64,000 nucleotides of DNA from Octopus sinensis (Eukaryota). A model generated the notes under the pieces. That model saw nothing but the letters and a program-made list of their open reading frames with translations, did not search any database and had not been told where the DNA came from. How positions within the stretch are numbered: the stretch's first letter is position 1; each line of letters opens with the position of its first letter. The stretch is from positions 105,896,001-105,960,000 of the forward strand of contig NC_043001.1 in the NCBI RefSeq assembly GCF_006345805.1. The letters run 5' to 3'. The translations under genes and the position numbers were made by a program. Below, in pieces: positions 12,685 through 26,614 of this stretch.

Positions 12685-15600
12685 AGTGTGTCTGAAATTG
12701 TAATGTTAGGGATATGAGGATTCTCAATGCATTAAGAATATTTTTCAAAAAAATTGATCTAGCGAAATATTGTATTTCTATTTAAAAGTTGGCAAAATAC
12801 GTGACAAGTGAGGAACCATGTATCTATCAATGTTAAACAATATCTACCTCTATAGAAGCAAAAACATTGTGAGGCTTTATTTTTGTCCAATCCATGTGTA
12901 ATCCATAGATATTTTCTGATATTTATCTGATTGGAATACATTCTCTGTATCGAAATTTCTCGGCTCAATATTATTGCTATATTTTTAACAATAATAACCC
13001 AGCTGAACATAGATTAGGGATAAATATGTTATGCTTCTTTGAAATGGTCTGTATTTATGTCGGCGGTTCTCCTTTCGCTAGCTTTGTGTAATTTTATCTC
13101 GTAATAGATGTTTCGTAATATCTAACAAACTAGCTATGTTAGATATTCTAATAAGTGTATTTCTCATATTGTCTGTTTCATGTCAATCCCTATATAATAT
13201 GAATTATTCGGCATGCCTATATAGGCCAAAATCAGGCTCACCTGCTACGTAGCATCTTGTTTAGTATATTTATGTAGAAAATATCAGAGATTCTTGGTCT
13301 GTCAATAATCAAAGATACGATAACCTACTTTTACGATATATTTATTAGATGTGTTAGATTAGTCTTAGTGTGCATAAAGATTTTGGCGAAGTATAAAAGG
13401 TTTAATCATAAATTTAAACATGACCACCTGCACCGAGCTAGGTGTTTGAATGACTCTGGGAATACTTCGCGCAAATATATAGCTGCATATTAAAGAAAAC
13501 AAGAAAAACTGTGATATAAATAGTGTAAACAAAGGACAAAACCAGACACAAACGTTCAGCGTATCAGATGTGAATCTCACTTAATACAATATATATCGCC
13601 TCCGTATGATAATAAGATTAATTGAAGATGTACACAGAGTTTGGTAATAACATTCTACCCGCTGTTTCTCTTCTTTACAAAAACTTGTACTTCGCCATGC
13701 TATAATGTACAGCAAATAATGTAGTACAAGCACGGAATCCAGCCCAGACTCATTGTTTCTTTCCCTGATTCAAATTGAGTGCAAAAAGAACGTAAGGTTA
13801 TCAACGATGAGCATCTTCCATATTATTTTAAGAATATACCGGGGATTTAAAACGATATGAAACAAATGGTAATAACTTTAAATAAATATTGTAATTGAAT
13901 ATTCTTATTCTATAACACTGATGCACCTTCACGAAAATCTCCGAACTATGGTATATTACGTAATTACATGGTCGACCTGACTATCGGACGTTGTTAGACA
14001 TCGCTAGTCACAATGCGCTTTGCATCGTTGTATCAGCCAAAATTCCTCTGATCAGAAGCGCTCTATACAGCTATGCATTTTATTAGATTGTGGAATTTCT
14101 GACTATGCAATATTTTTTGAATAAACTAACACGATTCACAACTCACGAAGTCTATGTAAATAATATTTGTAGTTCTCGTATTATAAATTCTTTTGAGATA
14201 TTATTTCGTTAATAGAATTGAAATAGCTTCAAATATCATGATTATTTACCGTAATATTTTGTGCGACGAAGTTCAAATATATAATTTTGATTTATGTAAG
14301 ATAATCCTATTAATATGTTTAATAAGTAATGCCATATACATGTGTATGTATACGTGCGTTTGTGTGTGTGTGTTTGTGTATGCATGTGTATATGTGGGTT
14401 TGTGTGTCTAATGTATATATGTATGTGTTTGTGTGATTATGTATGAGTGCGTGTGCAATCGTCTCATTTTACAGTCTAAATAAAATATTGAATAATTTCA
14501 GCACTATAAAAGATATTTTTTTTAATATATTGCGCAGTTTCTAAAGCATTAAAACGCGGTTTCAAATGACATATTTCCTTCTATTCATAAGTGTTTAGGG
14601 TTCAATAGACAGCTGACTATATTCTACAACCGTTTATATAATTCTCATTCCAAGAACATTGAAATATGACAGTTTGTTTCTTTGGATGGTGGGGGTGGGT
14701 CGTACAACAAAACAGACAATTCCTCGCCACACTAGATTTTAAATTCAGTCATAACATTGCATAATTTCGATTAATACGAGTTAAACCATTTCATACCCTA
14801 ATGCATTTACTCTTATAATTTGAAAAAGAAAAATGTAATGCACGTTTGCGATAGATTTCTTACGTTATATAAAAAACAAAATGCGTAAATAAAGTAGTTT
14901 GGAGATGAATCGTTAGTTGATCAATGAATACCTGTTATTATATGTGAGAATCTTCGGGCATTCCATTTACAATAACAATCCTTCAAGCACTGTTTCACAC
15001 AGTTTCTGTCAACCAAATATATCTCCTGAAACATGGGTTGTACATCTCTTATGATAAAAGGCAGATTTTCTCTGCCTCTGACATAGTTTGTTTTTAATAC
15101 AATTGTACAATATAGAATTTCTTCAATTGGAATTTACCTATGATTTTTCGAAGTTGATTCGATTGAGTCATGGCATATAAAGTTTTTTTCAATTTGACCC
15201 CCAATTAAGCAAAAATTCGAGAAAACTAAATATTTGACGATTTGCCTCTCTAATTTCAACTGCTTCACTCCTTCTATTACCACACTTTCTCCTATTTTCT
15301 CTTTGCAAGTGTAACGATTTGCCTCTCTAATTTCAACTGCTTCACTCCTTCTATTACCACACTTCCTCCTACTTTCTCTTTGCAAGTGTACCTTCAACCA
15401 CTACTCAAAAAAATACTCAGGTAACAGAAACAAATAAATACATAACGATTTACTCCCCACACAATTTCTTCAATTGGAATTTACCTATGATTTTTCGAAG
15501 TACATTCCATTCTATATTTTATAAATTAAAATTGGTTTTTAATTTACTTTCTGTCGCTAAGTTTTGGTAGTATTAATTTCAGTTGTCAATTGTTGAAATA

Positions 15601-15803
15601 AATAAATTGTAAGTTAAGAAGGTATGTGTGTGTACGTGCGTATGCGTGTGTCTGTGTGTCTGTGTGTGAGTGTGTGTTTGTGTGTGTGTAGGAAGTGAAG
15701 GATAAAAATATGGCAAGAAGTGGACAGATGTACATATATACATACATCCATACATACACGTGTGTGTGTGTGTGTATGTATGTGTATTAATGTGTGTGTG
15801 TTA

Positions 15804-16194
15804 TCTCTCTCTATATAAAGCTGAAGTTGTCTGTGTGCGCCAGGTTTGGTAACCTTCAACTAACACTATCTCCTCCGTGACCCTGTGGCGCAAGTTGACC
15901 AAACTTGAGAGTATGATAGAAGAAGGGTTGCTCTTCCTTCCGTAGAAGATAAAATTCAAATCGGACCATGTTAACATCAAAAATTATTTACATCAAAAAG
16001 GTTCTTTTTTCTATGAAAATCCCTGTTTTTTTACGATTTTTTCACTGCTGTGTCGCCAATTGTCGGTGTATTTCAACCAGAAAAATGTTTACTTGAATAG
16101 AATAACAAGCTACATAATGCAAAAATTTTACTTTTCAAAAATTCCAATTCCAGCGGGTCGAAACAAACCCGAGCAACGCCGGGCGAACTGCTAG
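15804..16194 (+). mobile_element. Non-autonomous Helitron
   Basis: 5' TC start after an A; subterminal hairpin CCCGAGCAACGCCGGG (16168-16183); 3' CTAG followed by T (A^T insertion site). Confidence 0.8.
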
Positions 16195-17489
16195 TAAGAT
16201 ATAGTAACTGCCTTTTCCATTGGGCACGCGTTCCATTGCGGAACGCGAGACGACTTGAATGAGAAACATTCTCCATTGTCATTCGGCAATATACCATCTA
16301 AGCTGAAATCAGGTATTGAACTTGTATGTTGGAATTTTCTATAGGTAAGGTACTCACTCATTACATATATATTTCGAACATATAAGAATAAACTAGGATT
16401 AACACATAATTTTTATTTCAACGCACACACAGAGGACGAAAACGCTCAATCGCATATGCATGTAAAAGATATTTACTTGTATGACAATAGAGGTCAGTAT
16501 TTTTATCAAAATTCTTAGACATTTCAAGTCTTTTTATTTGAAGTTTAGTAACATATCAAATAGCTAACCGCATGTTATGTTGTGTCAAATTAAAGAGAAT
16601 ATTATAGCCGAGCAAGCCGAGGAAAAGGAAATACACCAGTTTTATACTTTATTTATTCATTCAAAACGTTAGAGCAAGAAATAATACAGATTTATCCCTC
16701 CATATACGCTGCAACGGACACTTGGGATTAATATTACTTATAGTTTGTGGTTGAGTTTGAGCATTTATTTTGTTTTTAATTTACTACGTGGCTATGCATA
16801 ATAAACACTAATAATTTTTCTCAATAAATTTGAAAAACTTGTCTAATATAACTCCAGAAAAGAGGACAGTTTCATGAGCTATCTTAGTGATATATAACTG
16901 TATTAAAAACTATGTTTTATACATCAATAATCGCTACTAGATATGCGTGCCAGACGGCAATAAAGAGGAATGTTAGATCTAAGAGAAATAAATAATTTAT
17001 CTGTTTCATTGCAGAAAACGTTGGACATTAGAAGACTGGATATAAAAAAGGAATTCAATAGAAACAAAGACATAAAGCATTTTGCTTAGGAAATATAATT
17101 ACCTTGCTGGTTTGGTGTTGTATCTATTAGAAATTTCGCCTGATATCAAATAAGTAGAAACGACGTATGTATCCTGAGTAATATCACAAAACTGTGAAGT
17201 ATAACTACATCTAAATGTATGTGTTTATCTACAGAAATGTGAAGATGATATTCTGAGTATATGCCTGTTTTTAGTTTAAGTAACAGAAATATCACAAAAT
17301 CTGTTACTCAGAGCATCACGTTCCTGTTCGACGGAGAGTTTTGTTTAGAAAGCAGAAATACAATTACTTTGAAAGATACACGTTCGAAAATAGTTTTGTG
17401 ACATTTCTATATATCTGGTATATATTACTATGTATCTGGTATACGAGTACTAATTTTTCGACCTTTTTACGCATTTATTTGCTTAATCT

Positions 17490-17588
<99 letters not shown>

Positions 17589-18654
17589 TGTGTATGTGTG
17601 TGTGTGATATTTAATAAAATCATTTAATGAAAGAACGTAAATAATTTAGTTTCTCCCGCATCATGTTCACCATTATATTCTATCCAGGAATACTGCATAG
17701 ACAACTTGTTTAGATTCGATGTAACAATATATTGGGTACTAAAAACCAATAGAATTATTATTGTACATTATAGTCGTACATACATAAATATATACGCACA
17801 CAAACACACACACACACACACACACATACACACACATATACATATTTGCGTGTAGGTTTTGTTTGTATCCTTCGTGAAATATCATATACACCCTATTTAC
17901 TTCGATATTCCGCATTTCCTGGTTTAAAACAACGCAGCAGGTATCTCTATGCCTGGGGTTTTTACAGGATGTAAATATTGTATTAGACTATTTGGGGGAA
18001 AACATAAATATTGTAAATTCTATTCATATTTCCTATTGGATGGATTAATTAACAATAGATATCTAAATACATATTATATATCATTTGGTAGAATTATTCA
18101 TGCAAAATGAAAATAGGAATAGCGTTTCAGTCCTAACGCAATCGATATTTTTAATTTAATTGAATTCTGGAATATAACTGTGATTTGATATATAAGCCTT
18201 CGGTCCCGTAGTTTCAAATGAATTTGCCTATAGATATAGACACATATTTTTGATCTTTATTGATTGATGATCAAGATGTTTATTTTAAAGATTGAGAATG
18301 TATAAAACTTAGAAAGACAGTTATGTAATGCTAGTTTTCTTAAATACTGCATGTAAATGTAAAGATTAAAAAGTAAATTTCAATATATTCTTTCAAACGC
18401 GGCTGTGTAGAATTATATGACTTAATGTCATTTGCGATAAACGTGGTTTACATATCCTAAACAGCCGTTCAACATGTGCTCCTTGACAAACTTAACTGTG
18501 GATTCTTAACAAATGGTATGAGTATAAGATATACAAACGGCATACACATGCGCTCGATTGTAGTCATTTTTCATGAACTTTAAATTTAAAGTTAGGTCCA
18601 CCCATCCATCTATATCTACACCCATCAATATATACACATATGTAAGCATATGCG

Positions 18655-18655
18655 A

Positions 18656-18732
<77 letters not shown>

Positions 18733-18973
18733 ATATATATATATATATATACATATATATATTATATATATATAATATATATATATATATGTATATATAT
18801 ACACACATATATATATATAATATATATATACATATATCATATATATATATTATATATATACATATATATATATATATATACATATATACATATATATATA
18901 TACATATATTCATATATATATATATATATATACATATATTCATATATATATATATATATATATACATATATTC

Positions 18974-19005
<32 letters not shown>

Positions 19006-19052
19006 TCATATATATATATATATATTCATATATATATATATATATATATATA

Positions 19053-19094
<42 letters not shown>

Positions 19095-19120
19095 ATATAT
19101 GCATACATACATACATACGT
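18655..19120. repeat. Long interrupted (TA)n microsatellite
   Basis: Direct inspection. Confidence 0.95.
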
Positions 19121-20315
19121 ACATAAGATGAAATCCTTAAAAATTAGCATGTGTGTGCGTGTGCCCGTGTGTGCGCATTTTTCTATGTATGTATGCTTGC
19201 TTATTGGCGCTTGTGTGAAAATTCAGTTTATTCTTCATTTCTAATCTTTGAAAGCATTGAATATGAGGGAATTATACTGTCGTGTATTCTGGTTCTCATA
19301 GAATTGATTGCGTTAGTAAATACGCCCACACGCGTCATGTTAATTTCTGTTAATATGTATTTATTCTGTGAATGCGCGAATGACTGTACAATCTCTGCAT
19401 TAGGTGCCATTTTCTGTCTGTTCGAATTTGATATGTAGGATATCATTCAACCCGGAGTGCAATAGATTGTACTGGGTTAATGAAAAATTATCACAGCATC
19501 AAAATTAAACTTATAAATAGTGTAATGTTTCGTTTCTCTTGGCCAATCTTCCAAGAACTGCAGAAATCTCGGGTGATTAAGTCGAGATGCAACACGTAAA
19601 GCGATCGTTAATCATTTAAGGATAAATAAATCAAATGGATATATTGATAAAAAGAATTCGAGATGGTTTAGAATATTCATTGACAATAAAACTATTATTC
19701 AAAAAAGACAGACAGATTGGTTTAAAACAATTATTGTAAATAGTTCTTTTCTATGCTTGCAGTTTCGATTGGAACTATGAATAGTTAAAGAGAACGTTTG
19801 TGTGTTCAATCGGCGTTTTATTAAATTTTGATCCAATCGAACAGAGACCGGAAACAAATAACTTTAGTACACATACAAACTGTCAATTGAATGTTGATCG
19901 GTTAATTAAAACTGATACTCAAATGCTAGAATATACAGGTACTGCAAAAATAATTCCTCGATTTTACCAGTTAGAAATGTAATTAAAAAAAAATAGAACT
20001 AAATTGTTGCTTTACTGAATTTTGTCAAATATTTTTTGCTGTGATATTCTTCAAACAGAGTTGAAACTAATCCTCGAGACAATTTGAAGTGCCTGTTTAC
20101 GTTGAGGTTTTGAACAACATAACTGCAAACGTTTCGCAGCTATAACAACGTAACTACTTGACCTTAATAACAGTTTAAAGAATATTTATATTAGGATCAC
20201 TCTATCCCCCCTTTCTGTCTCTCTCATTCTCTACCTCTCCATTTCTCTCGCTCCATTTCTTTCACTCTTTTTCTCTTTCTCATTTCTCCTTCTCTCTGTA
20301 TATACACACATATAT

Positions 20316-20407
<92 letters not shown>

Positions 20408-20774
20408 AGAAATATGTATACATATCCGACTATTCCACACTATTCATTTGATATTCAATTGAAAATCACTACTCATGGTAAACGACATTGAAATTTTAGG
20501 AATATTTACTCTCAAGAGAATTTGGAAGACAATATACACGAACGATTTGGCGAAATTGACAGCATTCTGCAGACAAAAGGATGAAGATGAATGAGAATGC
20601 GACGTACTTTAATTATTAAAATTTTGTTGTATGTTGATTTAGCAGGTATCAGATTTGAAGTCGAGATATTTCCTGTCTGAGAATGAATGACAAAGAAAGG
20701 AAGTTGGTTGAAGGAGATAGAGAAAGAGAAGGAAAGGGAAATAGATAAGTCGCGTTTATTATATTGGTTTTGAA

Positions 20775-20975
20775 TGTTAGGACAAAGTCAACAAGATCGA
20801 AAGAGCTGGTAAGTGGATTACATCGACCCCAATGCTCAACTGGTACTTATTTTATCGACGCCGAAGGGGATAACGGACGAAGTCGACCTGAGTGGAATTT
20901 GAACTCAGAACATAAAGACGGGAGAAGTCCTACGGTGCATGTCACCCGGCGTGCTAACAGTTTCGCCAGCTCGCA
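20775..20975 (-). mobile_element. SINE family B copy
   Basis: Reverse complement of family B body (GGTACTTATTTTATCGAC, GGAATTTGAACTCAGAAC, GTGCTAAC...TCGCCAGCTCGC). Confidence 0.8.
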
Positions 20976-21189
20976 ACATTTCGTGCGTTTGTTATATTAC
21001 TTTCTACTGAACTTCTGCAAAATAATTAACGGTGAGTCGATTCTAAATAAACTTACTATACCAGCTCATTTCATTATTCGGTTACTAAACATCATTCGGT
21101 TACTAAATAGATGAGAAAAAAAAGGATAAATGCATTTTTCTTCAATATAAAATATGAATTTGTATTGAATTTCTAAATGCATAGTTCCG

Positions 21190-21430
21190 CTTCTTGGCAC
21201 CTACTATAGCCTCAAGCTGGTCAAAACCTTGTGAATATATTTGGTATCGGAAACTGAAAGAAGCTCGTCAAATGGTGCAGGTGTGTTTACGTCTACGTAT
21301 CTTAGCGGTTCAGCAAAAGCGACCAATATATTAAGTAGCAATCTTAAAAATAAATACTGGTGCCGAATCCTTCGACTAAAATTATTCGAGGCGCTGATCC
21401 TGAATGGCCGCAGTCTAATTACTAAAACAA
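21190..21430 (+). mobile_element. SINE family A, degenerate partial copy
   Basis: CTACTATAGCCTC...GGAAACTGAAAGAAGCTCGTC...GTGTTTACGTC...TTAGCGGTTC. Confidence 0.65.
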
Positions 21431-21704
21431 CTAAAAGAATAGAAGTAAAAGAACATACATAACTTCTGTCATAACATCTCTTACGTTGGTAAGAAATCGG
21501 CACAAAAATGTTTTGCTCTCGTCATGTCTTTCAAATTTTCGGTCATCCCGTATATAATGCGGCTTTTTATACACACGAAAATATTTTGGCAAATCAAATC
21601 TAAATATTGAAGTGAATCTAACGGTTTTTTTTTGTATTTTTACTTTAAATAGCTTATAAATACCTTTCACGCTGCAATTGTCTTTTTTTTTTATCAAACG
21701 ATCT

Positions 21705-21940
21705 CAGATCAGGTCAGTTGCTATGCAAGTACATTTCCGTAAAGATAAACAGTTATTTTTAAATCTAAAATATACTCTACTTCGTTTTCTACAATGCTCT
21801 TCCATTTATCTAGTAATTTCCAAAGCCCCTCTTCCAAACTTCACTTGTCCGTGACGAAAAATACTCTTCCAGTACTGTTCTCACCTCATCTACAGAATTA
21901 ATATTTTTTCTGTCCAAATAATTTTGAAAACTGCGAAATA
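21705..21940 (-). mobile_element. mariner-type transposase C-terminal relic
   Basis: LFRSFQNYLDRKNINSVDEVRTVLEEYFSSRTSEVWKRG...DKWKSIVENEVEYILD, matching the mariner DD34D C-terminus; decayed TIR-like sequence near 21710. Confidence 0.8.
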
Positions 21941-23312
21941 AATGAAAATCAGGTGTTTGCGTGTGTGTATGTGTGTGCGCGTGAGTGTGTATCTGTATGT
22001 ATCTTTGCGTGTGTTTTGTACCCTACTAGCCCTTGATAACCGGATTTGTGTGTTTACGTCAACGAAACTTAAGTATCCGATAGAATAAATACCACGCTGT
22101 AAAATATATATATAAATATGTAATAGAGTTAAGATTCGTTCGACTCAGATTCTTTAAGGTGGTGCCCAGCATGACTGAAACAAGTAAAAGATAACAAGAT
22201 AAAAGATGGCATTCCAGCCCCTCGATTATATGATGAGAGTTTATAAATTTTGTAATATATCATATGTTTCCATCTTATTGACTTTGAATTTTTAAGATCA
22301 CTAAAGATTTTGTTAAATAATGAGAAGCGTCAGTTTTGTGGGATGGAGAAAAAATGTCGACGTTGCTATAAAAATCTGCAATTTGTTTTTTGGGAATTTT
22401 TTTACAAAGAGAATATCAGGTGCGATGAGCCGAGAGCATATATACAAAAAGAATATGGTAATTCCTTTTATAACATATGTGCCATAAAACAATTGTCTTA
22501 TCTGTGAAAAATATTATTTTGATAAAGTTGTGCAGAAAAATGTGAATAATGAATATATGCCTCTGTTTTTCTTTCGAGAATTGAAGAAGTCTTAAAAGTC
22601 TTATAAGAAATTAATTGTTTTCCGTATATTTCCATGTAAAGGAGTTTGTGTATTTCCTAATATGACCCTCTAGCAAAAATAAGTTTACGGAATGAGAATT
22701 ATTGTGTTTATATTGCTCAAAGCTGCCATGACAAATAACAATTCTTTCAAAAATATATGAGCACGCCAATCTATACTGATGATGTGAGGAACAAATGAAG
22801 AAATTTTCTTTTAACAGTTTCACAGTTTCTGTCAGCTCCTCAGACAAAAATGAACTTTTTTCCCCAATCAATAATAGAGAGTGACTGCTAAGAAAGCTCT
22901 CAGGTTTCAACATAGAAATATATATGATAGCATTCGTCTTTTGAAATCTCTTCTTTCATTAAATTATATCTTTTTTTTAAAATTTTTGTAGAATAGAGTG
23001 TAAATTAGGAAAACTGAAACAAAGGCTAAAATCATAATGCCTTACAATGTATAACGTAATAATGTAATCTTGTGCCATCTATACTATTGGTATGCAAATA
23101 AAATGGTGTAGTCATTTAATGGGACATTTAAGAATTTCTTTGATTGTTAGAGAAGATGTCCTGTTTCTGTGTATTTGCTTTTGTTATGAGACAGTTTTCT
23201 TGTCCATTTGACTTGCTGAACTTCTTGACGAACATTTATCGAGTCAGAAATACTTTATGCCAATGACTTTATGGTGGTCAAGTAAGTGTATGGAAAAGAG
23301 TAAGACAGACAA

Positions 23313-23343
<31 letters not shown>

Positions 23344-24330
23344 GGGTGAGAGGGTGACAGAGGGAGTTAAGGAGAGGGAGTGCATGTTTGTTGTTAGAAT
23401 TTGACCAAGCTGCTTCTGCTACATCTCCAGATGTCTTCATCAGAAGATTGCCCGACAATGTACTGAGCCACGGTAATCACCCAGTTGCAACCAGAAGAAA
23501 GAGTCAGGCCGACTTAGTTCAATCGACCTTCTTTTTTTTTCGTTTGCCCAAAATCTTAGGAGTCACGAATTTCGCCATTTGAAGTGTTATTTCATGAATT
23601 CCAAAAAGGACTGTATTATTTCCAAATTTAAATCTTGTAATCTTGCCTGGAGTAAATGATGTAACGAAACAACGGCTAGATACTGATTCCAAACTCACGA
23701 CAGGACTAGAATTAAATTTTGTTTCACGTTCGTTTTAACATTCATGGGATTTATAGTTAGTTATATTTTTGAAATGTTAATATATTGTCAATTTTGAGAC
23801 CTACGTTATAAAAACACACCTGAAGAGACGAGCAAAATCGAGGAAATTATAAACATTTATCGTGTTTCATTGGTGTTATCACAGGACTTCGTCTGTTGAC
23901 AAGTTGTCAATTGAGTTCACACGAAATAAAATTAAAACGACAATTAAATGTGAACTGACATGTACCACATAAAACACCAATACATTATAACCAATGCGGT
24001 ATATAATAGGTGGATAAATATACCAGATATTTATAGAGAATATGTTTCTGATTTGAAGGGGATCAGACAGCTGTGTAGTTGCAATATTTTGATCGAATTT
24101 CATCAGCGATTGAGTAACGGCATTAACTCTCCTGGGTTGCAATGTTTATAAACCAACTATATCTTTGGCTTATGAAAATCCGATAGACCGATTTTTGTAT
24201 AAAACGCTAATTCGATTCCTGAATTACTACAAACTTAATATTGTCTAGTTTCAGCTGTATACTCTACTAAATATTATATCTGTAAATTTTAGCCAAGCCT
24301 CTATAGATATACAATCCTAAGATACAATAC

Positions 24331-24368
<38 letters not shown>

Positions 24369-24644
24369 AAGAGAGAGAGAGAGAGAGAGGAGGACATCAT
24401 CTATAGAAATGTCAGTCATGAGTTGGGTTTACATCTGCAAACCGGTCACATGATTTAGTCCTCCATAGAAACAATGTTTATAATCGCTGTATCACTTGCT
24501 GAGCACAGCATTGAAAGGAGGAAACACTGTAAATGCCAGTAATTTACTACACAAAATAGAGAAGTTATATGTAAATGTATTTACATTTTCTATTACTGTC
24601 TAGAACAGTACTGAAACAGAATAACACTTAACATATCATGGATA

Positions 24645-24682
24645 ACTATCTATTTATCAGTATATCTATCTATCTATCCATA

Positions 24683-24713
<31 letters not shown>

Positions 24714-24825
24714 ATGTCCATATATCTGTCTACCTGTCTGTCTACCTGTCTACCTGTCTGTCTATCTTTCTGTATATCTATCTATTTTATCTATATATCT
24801 ATCTATTTTATCTATCTATCTATCA

Positions 24826-24895
<70 letters not shown>

Positions 24896-24954
24896 ATATC
24901 TATCTATCTGTGTGTCTATCTGTCCATCTGTCTGTCTATCTGTCTATCTGTCTG

Positions 24955-24999
<45 letters not shown>

Positions 25000-25014
25000 T
25001 TATCTATCTATCTG

Positions 25015-25061
<47 letters not shown>

Positions 25062-25062
25062 C

Positions 25063-25103
<41 letters not shown>

Positions 25104-25220
25104 ATGTATGTGTGTCTGTCTGTCTGTTTGTCTGTATGTATGTCTGTCTGTTGGTCTTTCTGTTTCTGTGTGAGTGTGTGTGTGCGTGCGCGTGTTTTGT
25201 GTGTGTGTGTGTTTGTGTGT
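24645..25220. repeat. (TATC)n/(TGTC)n/(TG)n compound microsatellite
   Basis: Direct inspection; source of the IYLS ORFs. Confidence 0.95.
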
Positions 25221-26099
25221 TTATATTACAACAGAAATTCATGTTATGTTACTCTCTGAACCTAGATATCTCCCTAAACACAGCTGTATTATGGTGAATT
25301 AATATGTTCATTTGCTTCTTTTACATATACATATATCTACGTTATCATTCTCTTTACATAAATATAAATTAGTCTCTCTCTCTCCCTCTCCCCCCTCTCT
25401 CTCTCTCTTTGATTTCTTTTTTACCAATACCTTCTTCTCCTCTTTGCCTCTCTCCTTCTCTTTCTCTCTCTCTCTCTCTCTCTCCCTTTGTGTATATATA
25501 TATCGATAAAGGTATTGTAAGAAAGTTGCTTAAGATATTATATCTCTCTCTGTGCACGAACGACTCTCTGTCTGAGATGTCAGGCTCTGTTGTGTTTGCT
25601 CCTTTGCCATTTCCTATACATGAAATCTAATATTCTTGTGCCAGCGAACATCTTGTAATGAATTTTAGAATTCACACAAGCATAAGGATAGCAAAATCTA
25701 TTATATTATTTCTGATACTTATCCTTTTGAAGACCGATATAATGCGGATCTTAAACCTATCTATATAAAACCCTATCTGTATTTTGGCATCTCTCCTCTG
25801 ATAATTATGATGTATATCGATGTAGTAAGAGGATTGTCGGTGCCAAAAACACAATATATGTGTGAATGTTTGTGAATCTTAATTCACCTTGTTCCTGTTT
25901 CGCTTTCCCTAGCGGCAAAAAGGCATGATCAATTCGTATAGTTAATTATTTTACCTTTCTCGTTTATTTTTTTCTTCTTTTAATTTTGTTATTACAAATT
26001 GTACTTCCAGCATGAGTACAGTCCGCAGTTCTCACTATTTTATTGTTTAATTCTTATACTACGGCTACAAAGCTTTAGGCGCTTGCAGCAAAAAATGTA

Positions 26100-26198
<99 letters not shown>

Positions 26199-26205
26199 CA
26201 ACAAT
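26100..26205. repeat. (TTA)n microsatellite
   Basis: Direct inspection; immediately upstream of a SINE A copy. Confidence 0.95.
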
Positions 26206-26211
26206 AATATA

Positions 26212-26614
26212 GGCGTAGGAGTGGCTATGTGGTAAGTAGCTTGCTTATGAACCACTTGATTCCGGGTTCAGTCCCACTGCGTGGCACCTTGGGCAAGTGT
26301 CTTCTATTATAGCCTCGGGCTGACCAAAGCCTCGTGAGTGGATTTGGTAGACGGAAACTGAAAGAAGCCCGTCGCATATATCTATATATGTGTGTGTGTG
26401 TGTGTATATGTTTATGTGTCTGTGTTTGTCTCCCCAATATCGCTTGACAACTGATGTTGGTGTGTCTACGTCCACGTAACTTAGCAGTTCGGGTAAAGAG
26501 CCTGATAAAATAACTACTAGGCTTTCAAAGAATAAGTCCTGGGGTCGATTTGCTCTACTAAAGGCGGTGCTCCAGCATGGCCACAGTCAAATGACTCAAA
26601 CAAGTAAAAGAGTA
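26212..26614 (+). mobile_element. SINE family A reference copy
   Basis: tRNA-like head (TGGCTATGTGG A-box, GGTTCAGTCCC B-box-like), CORE-like CACCTTGGGCAAGTG, internal (TA)/(TG) tract, 3' AAGGCGGTGCTCCAGCATGGCCACAGTCAAATGACTCAAAC tail. Further partial copies near 22020, 42990, 45555, 48500, 51220, 51940 and 63600. Confidence 0.9.

Noticed and set aside
20120-20165. Minus-strand CTGC-GAAACGTT motif
   Set aside because: Core and stem II are too degenerate to support a hammerhead call.
26212-26280. tRNA genes at SINE heads (also 29134 and 50218)
   Set aside because: A/B-box-like motifs are present but there is no full cloverleaf, and they continue into SINE bodies.
26570-26612. SINE A tail as a hammerhead (stem-loop + GAAAC-AA-GUA)
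   Set aside because: It resembles the 3' half of a hammerhead, but no CUGANGA core precedes the stem in any copy.
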